Notes: generated from the sequence alone by a model not told the origin. Positions 1 to 14,516 are shown, counted from the stretch's first letter. The stretch: DNA of 64,000 bases from Epiperipatus broadwayi (GCA_028023455.1 JAQFVV010000007.1:7068001-7132000); one strand, 5' to 3'. Program-made: numbers and translations.

Positions 1-889
1 AATATGTAAAACTTAAATCCAAGTATACTGTCTATACTGTAACAGGATGGGGAATTTGGGGGTAAACCTGGGTTGAAGGAAATCATTACCAAGTAAACAA
101 AATTTAAAGTATTAAATATAAAAATAATGAATATAAATCAATATAAAATATAAGCATGATATAAAGTATCAGCAAAGTCTAAGCATAATTAACTACAAGT
201 TTACCAGCATTACAAATAAGTATAACTCATTCATCATCATTAATAATTAACAATAAATATAAATCAACAGTCAATCTGATGACTGGATTTGAAATGGGTT
301 TTCTATAGACCAGGCTAACTATTTACCCCTTTCTAGCTTGGGGAAGTTATTTAAACATAATTTGGATGTACAAAACAAGTGTTTATCCATCAGAATACAT
401 AACAGAAAAACCAATAATGGTGAGACATTAAAACATGATGATCATCATCAAGGCTCTGGCCACTTAGTACTATTAGTGTATGGGTCAACTATAAATGTAA
501 ATTCTAATAAATAGTAAACTAAATAAAAATGTAGTGCATAAACTTTAAAGAATATACTCTTTGTGCCAATCTAGGATTATTATTATCTGGATGCCCATAT
601 AGTAATATGCATCCCTTTCATATAATAGACCATTATGCACAAATCTAGCTCAGAGAATACAAGCTCTATAACTATTATTGTGAACAAGAGATGATGCAAT
701 ACATAATATCCTAAATATTTTTAAAATTAAGTCACTGGAATAATCTTAACAAATAGAATATAAGTTTATTAACAGCAAAAAATAACATTAAAGTCTAAAT
801 AACATGGCTATACACATATGAATTAACTCTTCAAATTTTGATTAACATAAAACATAGATTTATCTATATGATCCAATATAAAACACCTA

Positions 890-1400
890 TATATCCATAT
901 CCAGACATGAGTTTATGGATATATTTGGATCATCATATAAAAATAAAATGAATGATTAAAATTTACATATACATGTCTATCTTTCACATATTGGTATATG
1001 CATACAGATATGCAGTGAAATGATGAATATATTTCAATCATCAAATAAAATAAAATATGTGATCAACATTTACATATGTGTCTACTTGACATGCATTGAT
1101 AGATGCACTCAGACATGTAGCATAATAGTTTCTGAACATATTTAGTTATATTTTTTATGATACCAATACCAAGTACCATGTTTATACAAAATAAGTATAT
1201 AGATGTAATTACACAGATATCCAGTAGAATAACTGATTAACATATTTGAATTGTCAGATAAAAATAAAATAAAATTTAAGTTATCATGTTTGAATGATAC
1301 AGATACCTAACACACGATTTACATAAGACACATATATATCTTATGATGCAGATACATGGTATAATAATTGATTAACATATAAATGAAATTAATTTTATTT
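890..1400. repeat. Degenerate tandem repeat, ~105-135 bp period, about 5 units
   Basis: The motif cagata/cagaca ... acatattt/atatattt ... aaaataaaat recurs near 900, 1005, 1110, 1215 and 1350. Confidence 0.45.
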
Positions 1401-2789
1401 CTTATAATACAAAATTAATGACAGATTTAACCTTTATGTGTGTGCACATAAAATGTATGTGCATGATGATGTTTTACCATGATATATTAATTTATCAAAA
1501 TAAAATTATTAAAAAGATAATTTTCACATAATAGCACACATAAAATATAGATGATATAAATTAAAATTATTAATTAGTTGCTTTTTTATGGTCAGTAAAA
1601 AAAGATTTTTTTTCTTTTTTCAAAATAAATTCGTCTTTGAATCAATGATTTCATTCAAACAAAATTTTACTTGTTTTCCTTAAAAAACATATAGATAGAT
1701 TTTATATGTGATTTTCTTTAAATAAATGATTTAAAATAATATCATTCTTTTTATATGTCACATTAACAGGTCATTATAAAGAAATTATTTAAAATAACTC
1801 ACCAGCTGCACATTATATAAATACAATGCAGTACCTTTATCTGTGGTTCTTTGCATATAGACAAAGCAGAATACATATAACAATCTTCAGTAAACTGATG
1901 GGATCACTGAGTAAGTATCATCATCATCCAGGTAACTGTTGGCTTATTAATCAGCTCCACTTAGACCCAGCCATCTAATACTATGTTGACTATGGAAAAC
2001 AGAGAAGTTGGGTCTCCCTTCTAGGTGAATCAAAACTCCAGCATAGTGAACTACTAGGAGCCACTGCCTTTTTAACATCTTAATGGTAGTTTTGTATAAC
2101 TCTGGAAACCCCGTAACTATCTAATCTTTTTATCAACTCTTTTTATAGCTAGGGTAGGGAGGGAAAAAATTCATGACTTCAAAAATGTTTTCCCCCGTCT
2201 TTATCAATTTTTTTAATCTACTTTAATCCTTTTGAAATTTTTATCAAATGCATAAACTACAAATTTTACTTTAAAGATTTCTATAGATAGTAGACATGTT
2301 ATTAAAATGTTATACAAGTCTTTTAATTAAAAAAAAATTTCTAAAATAGATAATGAATTTTTAAAATTATCAGTAGATGTATTTTAACATAAAACATGCT
2401 TATTTTAATTTCAAACTCAGAATTCAATAAAAATATTTATTTAGACTTTTGTAAATGTTCATTTCATAACAAAATTTTATTTTAAATTCAAAATTATTTT
2501 ATCTTTCACCATTACTCCAGTAGAGTGTAGAAAATGTCTACAAAAATTGATTGCTTTCAACTTTACATATATTTATGTACACACAGTATTATGTTGCTGT
2601 CTGCCATTAAACCCATATGGTTACATTACTGAACTCAATGTAATTTAGAAGAGATATGAACTTAGACTTTCAAGCTCCCTATCACTATCCATTCTATTTT
2701 ATACAATCAATATATATGATCACATACGTACATGTAAAAAAGAGAAATGATTTCCAATATATGTATTTTGTACTGAATCATCACTCACA

Positions 2790-3065
2790 CATTGATCCAG
2801 ATCATGATCTCCCACACAGAAATATAATCAGTGCTCAATTTTTATTAAGGTAGTAAATCTTCAAACTTTAATGGACAGGTTTCAATCTTTTCCATCCTCC
2901 AACTCTTCAGTCATCCATATGATTGATAATCTAATGATGGAATACTCAGAGTGCATGTTGATGCTAATATTATTGTTATACTTACCCTGACTTTAAGTCA
3001 CTCTAACCCCTCACATATAGAATCTTAATATGTCCATTTAAATACACAGAAGATGGATGGACAAT
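2790..3065 (+). repeat. Dispersed repeat of unknown class; second copy at ~26550-26818, partial copy at ~40780-40830
   Basis: The copies share taatggacaggtttca..ctccaactcttca..catcca..aatct.atgatggaat..ctca and ccattta(a)atacaca..ggatgg.cag. Confidence 0.65.
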
Positions 3066-6020
3066 TAAATAGAAGCATATTTTCTATACTGAACTTAATG
3101 GTCTGGACCGATTGATGAATGCTGGTTCAGCATGAAATAATTGGAGATTTTTTTCCACATATACATTGTCATATGGATCGGTTATATAAGATGGAATGGA
3201 TGGCTGTAGGGAGCTTGAAAGTTTGAGTTGAAATTCCTCCTAAATTAAAATAAAAATAATAATTTCATCACTTTTTTTAAAAAAGAAAAATACAATTGTT
3301 TGTTTAACAAAAGATTATTACATATTTATATACCTTTAATAATAACATCATTTTTTAAAAATATATGTGATTTTAAATTCATAAGACAATCAAAAAATTA
3401 TACAATAACCTAAACACGCATGCAAATATATTCACACACATATGATAGTATAACTTAACTATTTATCTAGACCTATTATTGTAAAAATGTGTGATAAAAT
3501 AAAAATGTTAATGCAAAAAATTTATCAAAATACATATTCAAATGTATGTAATATTCTTATAGTAAAATATAAAATTTAACGCAGTAAATTACTTATCATA
3601 TTATTTAAAAATAGAAGAAAAATAAATCGTAAATATTACTTTGTACTCAAGTGTATTTACAATAATTCCAAAATTAGAATAAACTTCACTTGATGATCTT
3701 AAACAATTCAATAATACACAAAATCTTGACAATATATATATATATTTTAAATGTGATAATGCCTATTTCAAATCTAATCAAGAATGGCACAATCTATTAG
3801 TATAATTTATAAATTAAATTTTGTTTAAATAACAAAACACACATATGTTAATATGTGGAATAGAGTAAATAGACTATAAAGTACTAACAGCGGACGACCT
3901 TTAAGATTTAGTACACCATGTCTATTACAATAAACTATTAAAATATATAGAAAAAAGTTTTTATTGGTCAAAATTCCAAATACACTCGCACACTACTAAA
4001 TCTGATTCAAAACATTATTAGAAGTAGCAATGTACTAAGCTTCCTTAAAAAGAAAAAAAAAATATTAAGAAATTTAATGTCATGCAACTGGATATGCTCT
4101 GGAATTTCGTTAACTTAAAACTAAGATTTCTTAAAAATCATTTTAATAGTTGATTATTATGAATCTGGCATAGTGTACTGAAAGCGCGGTCAAAGATTAA
4201 TATTTTATAGTATATTTTTCGTTTTATCCATTAATGTACGTGTATTTTGTTATGACAATATATATATACAGACACACATAACATTATTTATACACTCATA
4301 CGTAAACAAACTGGATCAACCAATTTGCAATTTAAGTTTTGGCTACAATATAAAATTATTACAGTAGAAATTCAATAAGACTGGATTTGGTAAAACATTT
4401 TAATATATAAAAAGGTTCCAATCAAGCATAGAAAATATGTAGAAATCCAATTGCGTTTCTGATTTGGTTTTTCATTATTAAGCTGTTTTTGAAACTTAGA
4501 AAGATTAAAAACAAGAGTCGATTAGCTGAATTGTGCTGAAGATTTGATTTTCTTGTTAATAACTCATGATTATTGGTGCAGCAAAATTTTGCCTCTCCTC
4601 CCAGTTTTGAAGCATTGTGGTCAATACAATTAGGGATGTGATTGTCACGCATATCTCTAGCCTTGCATCTGTGGCTGCAGAGCATTATGGGATTGTGGGA
4701 TAAATAAATCAATTGGTTGCATTATTGGATTTGCAAAAAAGGGCTCAAACTATGGTTATAATGACATTTCCTTAGGCATATTAAAAATACATCTATAATA
4801 TAATTTAATCGCATAAAAATGATTATAAAATAAGATATGAATAACTAATCGATATTATTCATTTAAAAAATAAAAAATAAAAGATGGAATTAGATAAAAT
4901 AAAATTATTCATCCATTATAAACATACGATTTAAATTGTTACTATTAACTGCTTAAAAATAATTAATACCATCAGTAATTCTAACAGACCTATTGATATA
5001 ATATATACAATTATATATACCCTATGCATATATACACATATAATCAAAAATCTTGTATTACCATCACACACACACCAAAAATCTTACATCACCATCACTT
5101 TAGCTATAATAGAATCACTCCAAAGTTCTCTCATAAAATTTTTTCTCCTCATTTTTCTGGAAAATTTCTTTATCCTAGCCATCCATCTCAAAAAACATCA
5201 ACTTACTAAGATCCTTAAATTGATTTAAATCCAATCCAGTGCACCAATTGTAGTCCATCATCCATCCATATCAACACATCAATTCTCTCAATATGTAATA
5301 TTTATGTTTCATTTCTCATGTATATCAGTTTTGACCATTTGAGCAGTTTAGAGTAGAAGTACAATGATGGGATCTATAAGTCCTAGGATCAAAGCCTAAT
5401 TTGTTATTTCAGATACAAGAATGTCTCATGACTTTCAGAGCAACTAATTGTTTTATTACTTTTATTATAATCCTAGCATTCACATCTCATACATTGCTAT
5501 TTGGTGTGCAGCCTTTATATAGTTTTTTATTACATGCTCCAAGTCTCAAATCCAAAAGTAAGTACTAACAAACCAAAATTATAAAAAAAAACCTTTTAGT
5601 TATATATATATTTCATTATAATATTATTTCCACCAGAAGCACTTCATTCAAATTAAGAGTATGATTAATTTTCTTCCAAGATATTTCTATAAATGTTAAT
5701 GTACAAATAATTAATAATGTAAGTTTTTCTTTACCAATCTTGTTACAACATTAATTAATGAATAATCAAATGGCCTTGTTATTCAAAAGTTTCGTAAAAG
5801 TTTGACTGCTGGAAATATCAGAATTGGAATCAATCCAAAGACTTAAAACTCAAGAATAAGACCCTCTATCTTTGCACTAATCCATGCAGGCCAAAATAAG
5901 TTTATCGAACAGCCTTATGGTTTGAAAGTTCATATGAAATTTGAATACCAGAAGTTCCTGAGCTGAAGTTGATCCAAAACTGTATGGTCTAGAGTCTCAT
6001 ATTCAACACAAAATTAATTT

Positions 6021-6714
6021 GATACTTATGAGTTTTTAAGTAAACCAAGATGGGAGCCTGTATTTTTGATAAATATACAGCTTTGAGGGCGTACAATCTA
6101 CCAAAGATTTGTTAGTTGTTAAATTAAAGCAAAATTAATAAATGGTAAATTTTAAAAAGAGAATAAATTCCAATAAATTTCATGAAGAAGCTTTATTTCA
6201 TTTTTTTCTTATATTATAATGTGAAAAGTGATGAGACACTCTTAACATTGTTGTACTTTCCTTCAATTCAGTTTGTTTCTTTTTTTCAGTATTTTTTTTG
6301 GGTAAATTGTCATAATAATAACAATTTGGAACTTTCCTGTCACAAAAAGTGATGCAGTGGACTATTTCCAAAGGTATGAGATCATGCCCTCCTGAAAAAT
6401 GTGCATTAATGGTCACAATATGATTGCAAGCCATCTACATAAATAAAATGTAAATATTGTACTTATATATATATACATCATTTTTCTGTTAAAAAGTTAA
6501 CCCAAAAAAAGAAGAAAATAAACTGTAAGCATCGTAATTAATTTTTCCACATTAATTTCCATTTTTAAAATAACAGTAATAAAATATAAAATGTAAATAT
6601 TAAAAATGTTTCATAGCAGCCATTTTTTTGTAAACATTTATTGGGGACTCTGAAACCATAGATTTATTAAAAATATGGCTGCCATTTTGGTTTACTTGAA
6701 AACTCACAAGTACC
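6021..6714. mobile_element. Non-autonomous DNA transposon (MITE), probably Merlin-type, copy 1
   Basis: Terminal inverted repeats gatacttatgagtttt ... gaaaactcacaagtacc; the interior is colinear with 51938-52527. Confidence 0.7.
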
Positions 6715-8080
6715 ATTAACCCAAATATGATACCATGAGAACTAACATTAATGTAAGAATAAAACAGTACATATATATATAAATTTAGTAAAAAAAAATG
6801 CTACTTTATAAACTACATTTTTAGATTACGAAAGGATATTAGATCATATTGTTTCAACCTAAAAAAAAAGGTAGTTTGCAGTGAATGTTATAACAAAATG
6901 GAAAAAAGGGGAAATAGTTCAGTACTAACACAGACTCAAATAGTTGAATGCATTTAGAACAGAGCACAGGTAAATTAACAGCACTTATTTCCTATAGAGT
7001 GATAAATACATTATCATTTATGTTTGAAAAAGAAAATCTGCATAAATATGCATTAAAGCTATATATTTAATATTGTTTCTGTTTTCTCAGTCTAAGTGGT
7101 GTTATATATTATCCATATAAGTAATTAATTTAAAATATTTATAATTATTAAATTATCACAATTCATAGTTAAAATCTGATAATTCAATTGAATCTTTCTT
7201 TTTTTACTTTCATTTTTTTCAATAAACAAATGTATTGAACATGTCTTTGAATTATTTTTGTATTATCCATATTGTTATTTTTTATATATGCTTTTCTTTA
7301 ACTTCATTTATTTCTTTTGCCTGTCTTTGTTTCTATGAAATCTTGTAACTTAATTTCCATTCAAATCCCAATCTAGTTGAACCTTTGCATCTGTATGTAT
7401 TTCCAATAAGAATAATGTTTTTAGACTTTACAAATAATTTTAGCAAAAAACAACAACAAAACAGTGAAAATTTAAACTGTTAATTTTATATGGAATTTAG
7501 TGTCTTTTACTGTATTGCCATCTAGTGGTATTATTATAGAAAGAAAAATTATTAAATGGAATACTTATACTCATTCTACATAGCAAATTTTACAATTTCC
7601 TAAACAAAACGATAGCTAACAATAAATCTCAAATGAAGAAGATAACTATAACATTAATCTTTTAACAAAACAAATGATATGGTTCTTTTACTTATAGAGT
7701 CAGAAAAATACTATGTAAAAAAAATACATATCTTACATTATTATAAGATTCTAAATTTTGTTGAAATTTCATGGCTTTTCAATATTATTATAGTATCATC
7801 AAATGTGACATAGTATGATTTACATAACAGCCAGTTCTGCTAGAACACAAAAAAGTACCATCTTAACTATGGGAAGATATTTATCTCTTCACAGAACAAA
7901 AGGCTTTACATTCATTTATTAAAGGGATTCATTTAAAAAGATACTTTGGGAGCAAAAAATAATTTTACATTAGGCAATATTTTTTATTTTTGCTATCTAG
8001 TTTTTAACAAAATTATAAAATTAAATGATAAAAAATAAAAAAATATACATAAAATTTTTTTGAAATGCATTTATTCAAGT

Positions 8081-8252
8081 AAATACACTAAAAAAATCTC
8101 TAGTTTTCCCACTATTTTTTAGCCAAAATAAAAATGTGTGGTGCTCATATTTTGGAAAAACTAAGAATATTTCTAAATATGAGGCTGCATGCTTTAATAT
8201 AATAACAAAAATAGTGCAAAAACTAGATTTTTATTTTATTTTTAGTGTATTT
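8081..8252. repeat. Small imperfect inverted-repeat element (MITE-like)
   Basis: aaatacactaaaaaaatctctagttttcccactattttt pairs with aaaaatagtgcaaaaactagattttt...tttagtgtattt. Confidence 0.5.
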
Positions 8253-8629
8253 ATTGGGAAAACAATAGCTCATTCATGCAAATAAAAATTATGCCATAAA
8301 TTATGAATATTGTATTATCAACCAACTTATAGTATATGCAATAATTAAAAAAAGCCTTAATGTAAAATATATGCATGTGTAAACTGTGCTATATTACACA
8401 AGAATGCATTCAAAATATGTATGTATGTAAGATAATGCAACTTACATCTATGTAAAAAGAAAAAAAAGCTTAGGTTAAAGCTGTTTTTCTTATAATCCAT
8501 CCAAATCAGCACTGATCATCATCCAGTTTTGTGAGTCATTAGTTACTCATTCTAAAAGTCTATTGTTGTCTTTTAAATCTTTGATGGTCTTGGATTCTTT
8601 TGGAAGGAAGTAAAACCAAGTGTTAATGG

Positions 8630-9000
8630 CTGAGGATCTTTACAGAAAAAATTTAGAATGAGCAGTCCACTTTGTTTTTTTAAATTTCCTTTTCTATATC
8701 ACATTATAAGATCTCATTCATTAACTTAAAACATTTTTTAAATTGATGGAATATTCTAAATTGAAATCAAGTTTTTCTAAAGTGCTGTGCATAGATTAAT
8801 GATAGAAAATCAATTCCTTTATTTGTTTGTTGTCCACATTCTTCTGTATAAACTTGCTGATTTTCTTTTCTTCGACCAGATGCATTAATTCCTCATTAGT
8901 TGCTTTCTTCTGTGATGGCAAAAGCTCTTCAACATTATAATAATCAATTTCTTATCAGCATCTTTATCAAAAGTTTGGACAAAATGCTGCATTAGTTGTT
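8630..9000 (-). pseudogene. pogo/Tigger-like transposase C-terminal fragment, decayed
   Basis: The minus strand translates to VEELLPSQKKATNEELMHLVEEK and LEKLDFNLEYS, resembling the Tigger C-terminal motifs VEELL..H.EELTNEEL and FEE.DPN.ERS. There are many stops. Confidence 0.45.
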
Positions 9001-9374
9001 AAAACTAGTACAACTTGAAAGTTGTTATTATTCTTTGATCCAAATGTTGAAAAAGTGATATACTGTTTGGTGATATTTATTACTGATAGGTTTTTAAGGT
9101 ATATAGTATATCTTGAAGATTGTGATAATTTTTTGATCGATATGTTAAAAAAGTTATGTAGTGTTTGGTGGTATTAGTTTCTAATATGATTCCAATTGAA
9201 AATGTATGTAGATTGTAAACTTTTTAAAAAAAGAATTAACATCACTACGAAAAAATGTATGGTTTTACTGTGCAAATGTACAGAAAAATTGACTGAGAAT
9301 GGGAGAATAATATCTCACAGACAATAAGTTTTAGTGTTATTGTTTCTTATTATGCTGATAAAAAAACTTGGATT

Positions 9375-9470
9375 GCATTGGTGGTCGAGAGGTCAGCGTA
9401 ACTGCCTTGCGGCAGTTGCCTGGGTTTCGGGTTCGCATCCCAGCCGATGCTATGACACTTAAAAAAAAAA
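9375..9470 (+). mobile_element. tRNA-Gly-derived SINE-like repeat, copy 1
   Basis: gcattggtggtcgagaggtcagc...cccagccgatgc followed by tatgacac and an A-tail; homologous to 22231, 46443, 50413 and 58349. Confidence 0.75.
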
Positions 9471-10029
9471 CTTGGATGTGATATTATTTAGAATGAGAAA
9501 AGCAATGATTAATAATATATCACTTTTTAACTGTACTGTTGTTCCCATAAAGACTTGTTATTTATCAACAGTGTAAAAATAGCTAAATTATAAAACTGCA
9601 ATACCAAAACTTAATTGCACAGTTGACAATAAAAAATTGTGACACATGAAAAAAAAAATCTAGTGCATTCTGTGTTTCAACATTGTAATCAATATTTAAT
9701 ACATTTTTACAATATGTACAATGTACAACTAAATAAACTTCACTTCATATACAAATATTCGGTAAAAATATTCTAGCTGTGGTCTTTTGTTATGTTAAGT
9801 AGTCATTTTCTTAAAATGACCTAGCAATTTTCCAAATGATACCCTATTATGTAATGGCAAAAATAGACTATTTAAATAGAAATTAAAGAACAAAACTTCT
9901 CCATTTGTATTATATTTTCATCATACAACATTTATTATTAAATCTATAATGTGTAAAATCATCTCTCCTTCCTTTTTTTATTTTTACCAAATTAATTAAT
10001 TTAAGTCTATGATAAGGTTGCCATTATCT

Positions 10030-10465
10030 TGAATATGTCTGATACAACATAGACAATGAGTAATAAAAATTAGAAACAGATTGGAAGCCTTTGAGATGTT
10101 GACATGGAGAAAAATGGAAAAAAATCAGTTGGGTGAATAAAATAACAAAGAAATTTTGAAAAGAGTAAATGAAAAAAGAAGATTGGTTAAAAAAATGAAA
10201 GACAGAAGGCAAAACTGGATTGGATATATATATATATATATAAAGAAATTATAGTTTAATGACAGATGTTTTGAAATAAATGGTGAGTGGAAGTAAAAAG
10301 AAAGAATGAAAAATATTGACATCATTGGATGATATAAGAGATGAAAAGAGTTATGGGGTACTGAAGAGCTGGGCAATAAAGAGAATGAAATAGAAAAATG
10401 GACGAATTGATGATGTGGCTACTCTATGAACTTGCCCATTTGACAGGACACTATGGATGATGATA
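10030..10465 (+). mobile_element. RTE-clade LINE 3' fragment
   Basis: Encodes RNRLEAFEMLTWRKM..ISWVNKI..EILKRVNEKR (RTE C-terminal motif). It ends gaacttgcccatttgacaggacactatggatgatgat and is interrupted by (TA)n. Confidence 0.7.
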
Positions 10466-11350
10466 TCTGATACAAATTACAAGATTATGATTTAAAATCT
10501 GGCAAGAAAATATTTTTAACTTAGATTTAATAACTTTTGATTACAGTGTTAAATGCATAATTAATGGAATCATTTCCTTTTCCACCTTTTTCTAAAATAC
10601 TTTAAATGTATGATGATAGCAGTTTTAATTTGAATGAGAAGTTTTAATTCAAAATTAGTTGACTGTAAATTTTAGCCAATATAAATTAATTATTGATAGT
10701 ATATAATCTTATTTTTTTAAATTTTATATTGAATAAAATTTGAATTTCTTTTTTGGCAGAATATCTTTTTATTTTTGCAACAATGTATGCCTAAAACAAA
10801 TTATAATATTATGATTTAAATTTAAGCAAATACTGTAACAGTAAATAATACTTTATACATATTTGGTAACGATCATAGAAAATTGATTAATTGCATAATG
10901 CAAGAAATCACCCACCCCCCTCCAATAACTTGCAATTTGGTAACTAAATTTTACAATTATGTTGATTAGTAATAATTGAAAGGTTGCTAGTCTTTCACAT
11001 GTGTCTACAGTTGTTTCTCAGACAGACAATCAGATTTAATTTTTACCACAAGCAAAATATCATTAATAAGAATTTTAATCCATGTAAGTGAATGAATATA
11101 CAATTTTAAGCTAATGTATACAGTTTAAAATATAATATTAATACATATGGTTGTTAAATATCATCAAAATAGGCCTTTGGTTATTTATTGTACTGAATGA
11201 GACACATTTTAATTTTTTATTTATAGTCATTAAACTTTACTTTGGATATGTCATTAATAAATGCATTAATTTTCTTGCAAGGATACAAGATGAAAATGAA
11301 AAAAAAACCTACACATTAATTGCACCCAGGCTGCCATTACATAACAACCT

Positions 11351-11398
<48 letters not shown>

Positions 11399-11425
11399 AG
11401 AGTTGTATATATATATATATATATA

Positions 11426-14129
11426 TATACAACTGCAGATCACTTTCAAGTGAGGAAGACTGCAATAATTGTAAGAACTATCTCATATTACATAAGATAT
11501 TATTGGACTTTGTGAAATTAAAAGAAAACATGAAGAGACAATTGATTTAAAAAGTGGACATATACTGTATTACAAATGCACAAATTTTGGAAGTACAAGT
11601 GGAGTAGAATTCATTATAAATAAAAAGTGTAAGAAAAACATTGTGGAGATTGATGGTGTATCAGACAGAATGGCAAGATTAATTATTCAAATTAATAGTA
11701 GATATCAAATGAACATAATTCAGATTTATGCCCCACAAGTTCTCATTGTGATGAAAAAGTTGACCATTTTTATATGGATGTACAACAAGCTTTTTATCAG
11801 AATAAACAACATTTTAAAATTGTTATGAAAGATTTAATGCCAGAATTGATAAACAATTGAAAGATGAAAGTGTTATAGATATATTTTGTTATGGTGATAG
11901 AATTGAAAGAGAACATAGACTTGCAGAGTTTGCAGAAAAAAAGAAATGTTATATTATGAATTCTTTTTTTTAGGAAAAAATGTTAAACATAAAGGTCATG
12001 GTAGCATTTAAATGAAGGTACAGCAAAATTGGTTTATATTTTGATTCACATAAATATGTATTTCAAGATTATAATATTTTTAATAAATTCAACACAGTAA
12101 GTGATCATCGATTAATGAGATGCAAGATATATGTTAATGCAAAATTAGAAAAACAAAAATTATTTAAAAAAACAATATTCACAGTTGATATTCCTAATCT
12201 TCAGAAACATTCTAATGAATTTAAATTAGAACTTGCAAATCGCTTTCAAATATTAGCAGATTTTGAACATGAGTCAGATTTAAATAAAATCAATAGGAAG
12301 ATAACTGATACACTTTTAAAATTTGCAACAAAGACAGTTGGTAGTAAAAAGCAACAATAGAACAATCAATTTTCTACTGAAATTAGAGAATTTATGAAGA
12401 AAGGAAGGAATATGAAAATATATTAAAAAGATGCATTAAGAAGGATTGAATATCTCAAATTTTGTAAAATGATGTGAAAAAAAATTGATTATGATATAAG
12501 AAAGTATGATTGTAAACTAGTAAGGAAAGCTATAGTGGAAAAGAAAAGTCTCAAAGTGTAAAATAACATTTTGGTATTGGTAGAAAACTTGGTTCTGCAA
12601 TAAAAAAAAAGATGGAACCATTACTAAAAAAAGAGAAGACATCAAGAAATGTGTAGAAGGGTTCTATTAAGAATTATATAATAATAAAGAACAATTACCT
12701 TTTACAACTATTATATCTTTTGAATTGCCCAGAATTTTAAAAGAAGTGAAGCATGCAATTAAATTTATGAAGAAAAGAAAAGCTCTGTGTAATGATGAAA
12801 TTATAATTGATATTTTAAAAGAAGCAGGTGAAGAAGTAAAAATTTTTTTGGCAAAGTTATATACCAAATGTCTAAATGATAATGATGTATGAGATGATTG
12901 GAAATAATGCAGTATTAATATTTAAAAAAGGAGATAAAGAAGAATTAAAAATTACATACCAATCAGTCTTTTATTAGTTTTATACAAAAATTTTCCCCAA
13001 AGATAATTACAATCCATATATAGAAAACTTTGGATTTCAATCAACCACAAGAGCAAGTTGGATTTAAAGTCATTTTAGTATAATGGATCATATTCAAATA
13101 TTGAGAGAAGTTATAGAAAGGACTAATGAATATGAGTTGCCATTATGCTTTGGATTTGCAGATTATGAAATAGCATTTGATTTTATAAACCATTTCTTCA
13201 ATGATTATGGATCATCAAGATAAAGACTCAGAATATTTTGTAATATTCTGAAGAATATTTACAAAAATGCAACAGCAACAATTAGATTACATAATGTTAC
13301 TAAGAAGATTGCCATTAAAAATAATATATGGCAGGATAACTCCATATCCCAAAACTTTTTACAGCAGTGCTGCAATAAGTATTTTGTGAATTAAAATGAA
13401 AAGCTAAAGATATAAAAGTAAATGAAGATTATTCAAGATATTTGGATTTTGCAGATGATGTAGTTGTTTTTGTAAATAATGCTTCAGACCTTCAGGAAAT
13501 ATTGCAACAATTATCAGACAAAAGTAATAAAGTAGGCTTAAAGGTCAACATTAAAAAGACTAAAGTAATGTTCAATGGATTTTCTCAGAAGATAAAAATA
13601 AAGATTGATAATGCTGAGTTAGAAGAAGCTAACAACTACAAATATCTTGGTCAAATTTGATAGAAATAACTTAATATTAAAAGGAAATATGCCTATGTGT
13701 TTGAAAAAAAAAAAGTTTTCAATAGATGTGTTTTACCAGTTCTTACTTAGACATCTAGAGCAAAACAGAGATTCCAGATCACTCAAAGAAATATGAAGAG
13801 ATGCATGTTAGGAGTAACAAGGAGGAATTGAAAATGAAATACAAGAGTAAGAGAACAAACTGATGTTACTAATATCAAGAATTAAGAGGCTAAAGTCTAA
13901 TATATATTTCTAAAAGAGATGATAATAGATAAATAGTTAAAATCTTAAACTGGATTCTAAAAGATTGTAAAAGACTCAGAAAGATTCCACATGTGAGATG
14001 GATGGATTGAAGTGTGTGGAAATGATGTGGAGAAGAGGCTAGAGATCAGAGCAAATGGATTGAAACTTGGAGAGATCTTCATCCTACAGTCGATTAACAA
14101 TGATGGTTGACAATGGCGATGATGATGAT
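11426..14129 (+). mobile_element. RTE-clade LINE, near full-length ORF (AP endonuclease + RT), pseudogenised
   Basis: Endonuclease motifs YNCRSL, DIIGLCEI, SDRMARL..IIQIYAP and VSDHRLMR; RT motifs including FADYE.AFD and DFADDVV; 3' (gat)n tail. There are many stops and frameshifts. Confidence 0.9.
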
Positions 14130-14475
14130 TTTAATTGTATTTTAATTTTGTAAACACATACCATATACTGTAGTATTATATATTGTGTTGTGTATAATAA
14201 ATAAACTCTGTATTATACATTTTTGCATGAATGTCACCATTTTTCTTTCAGATGACATAAAGTTACTATAGCAGAAAATTGCCTATAAATCAAAGTAATT
14301 GGATATAAATTGATGATGATGGCTATGGTAAATCTTTGCACAAAGTTCCAGAACTATGCAGGTATAGATGTATTTATGGGAATAAAGCATTTTAATCAAA
14401 TAATATTTATAGCATTTCCTACAGCTATGAAGTATGAAAATAAACACATCATCTGCAAGCATCAAATAACTCAAG

Positions 14476-14516
<41 letters not shown>

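Noticed and set aside
4422-4712. 96-aa minus-strand ORF as a host exon
   Set aside because: Non-ATG start, no recognisable domain and no convincing splice sites.
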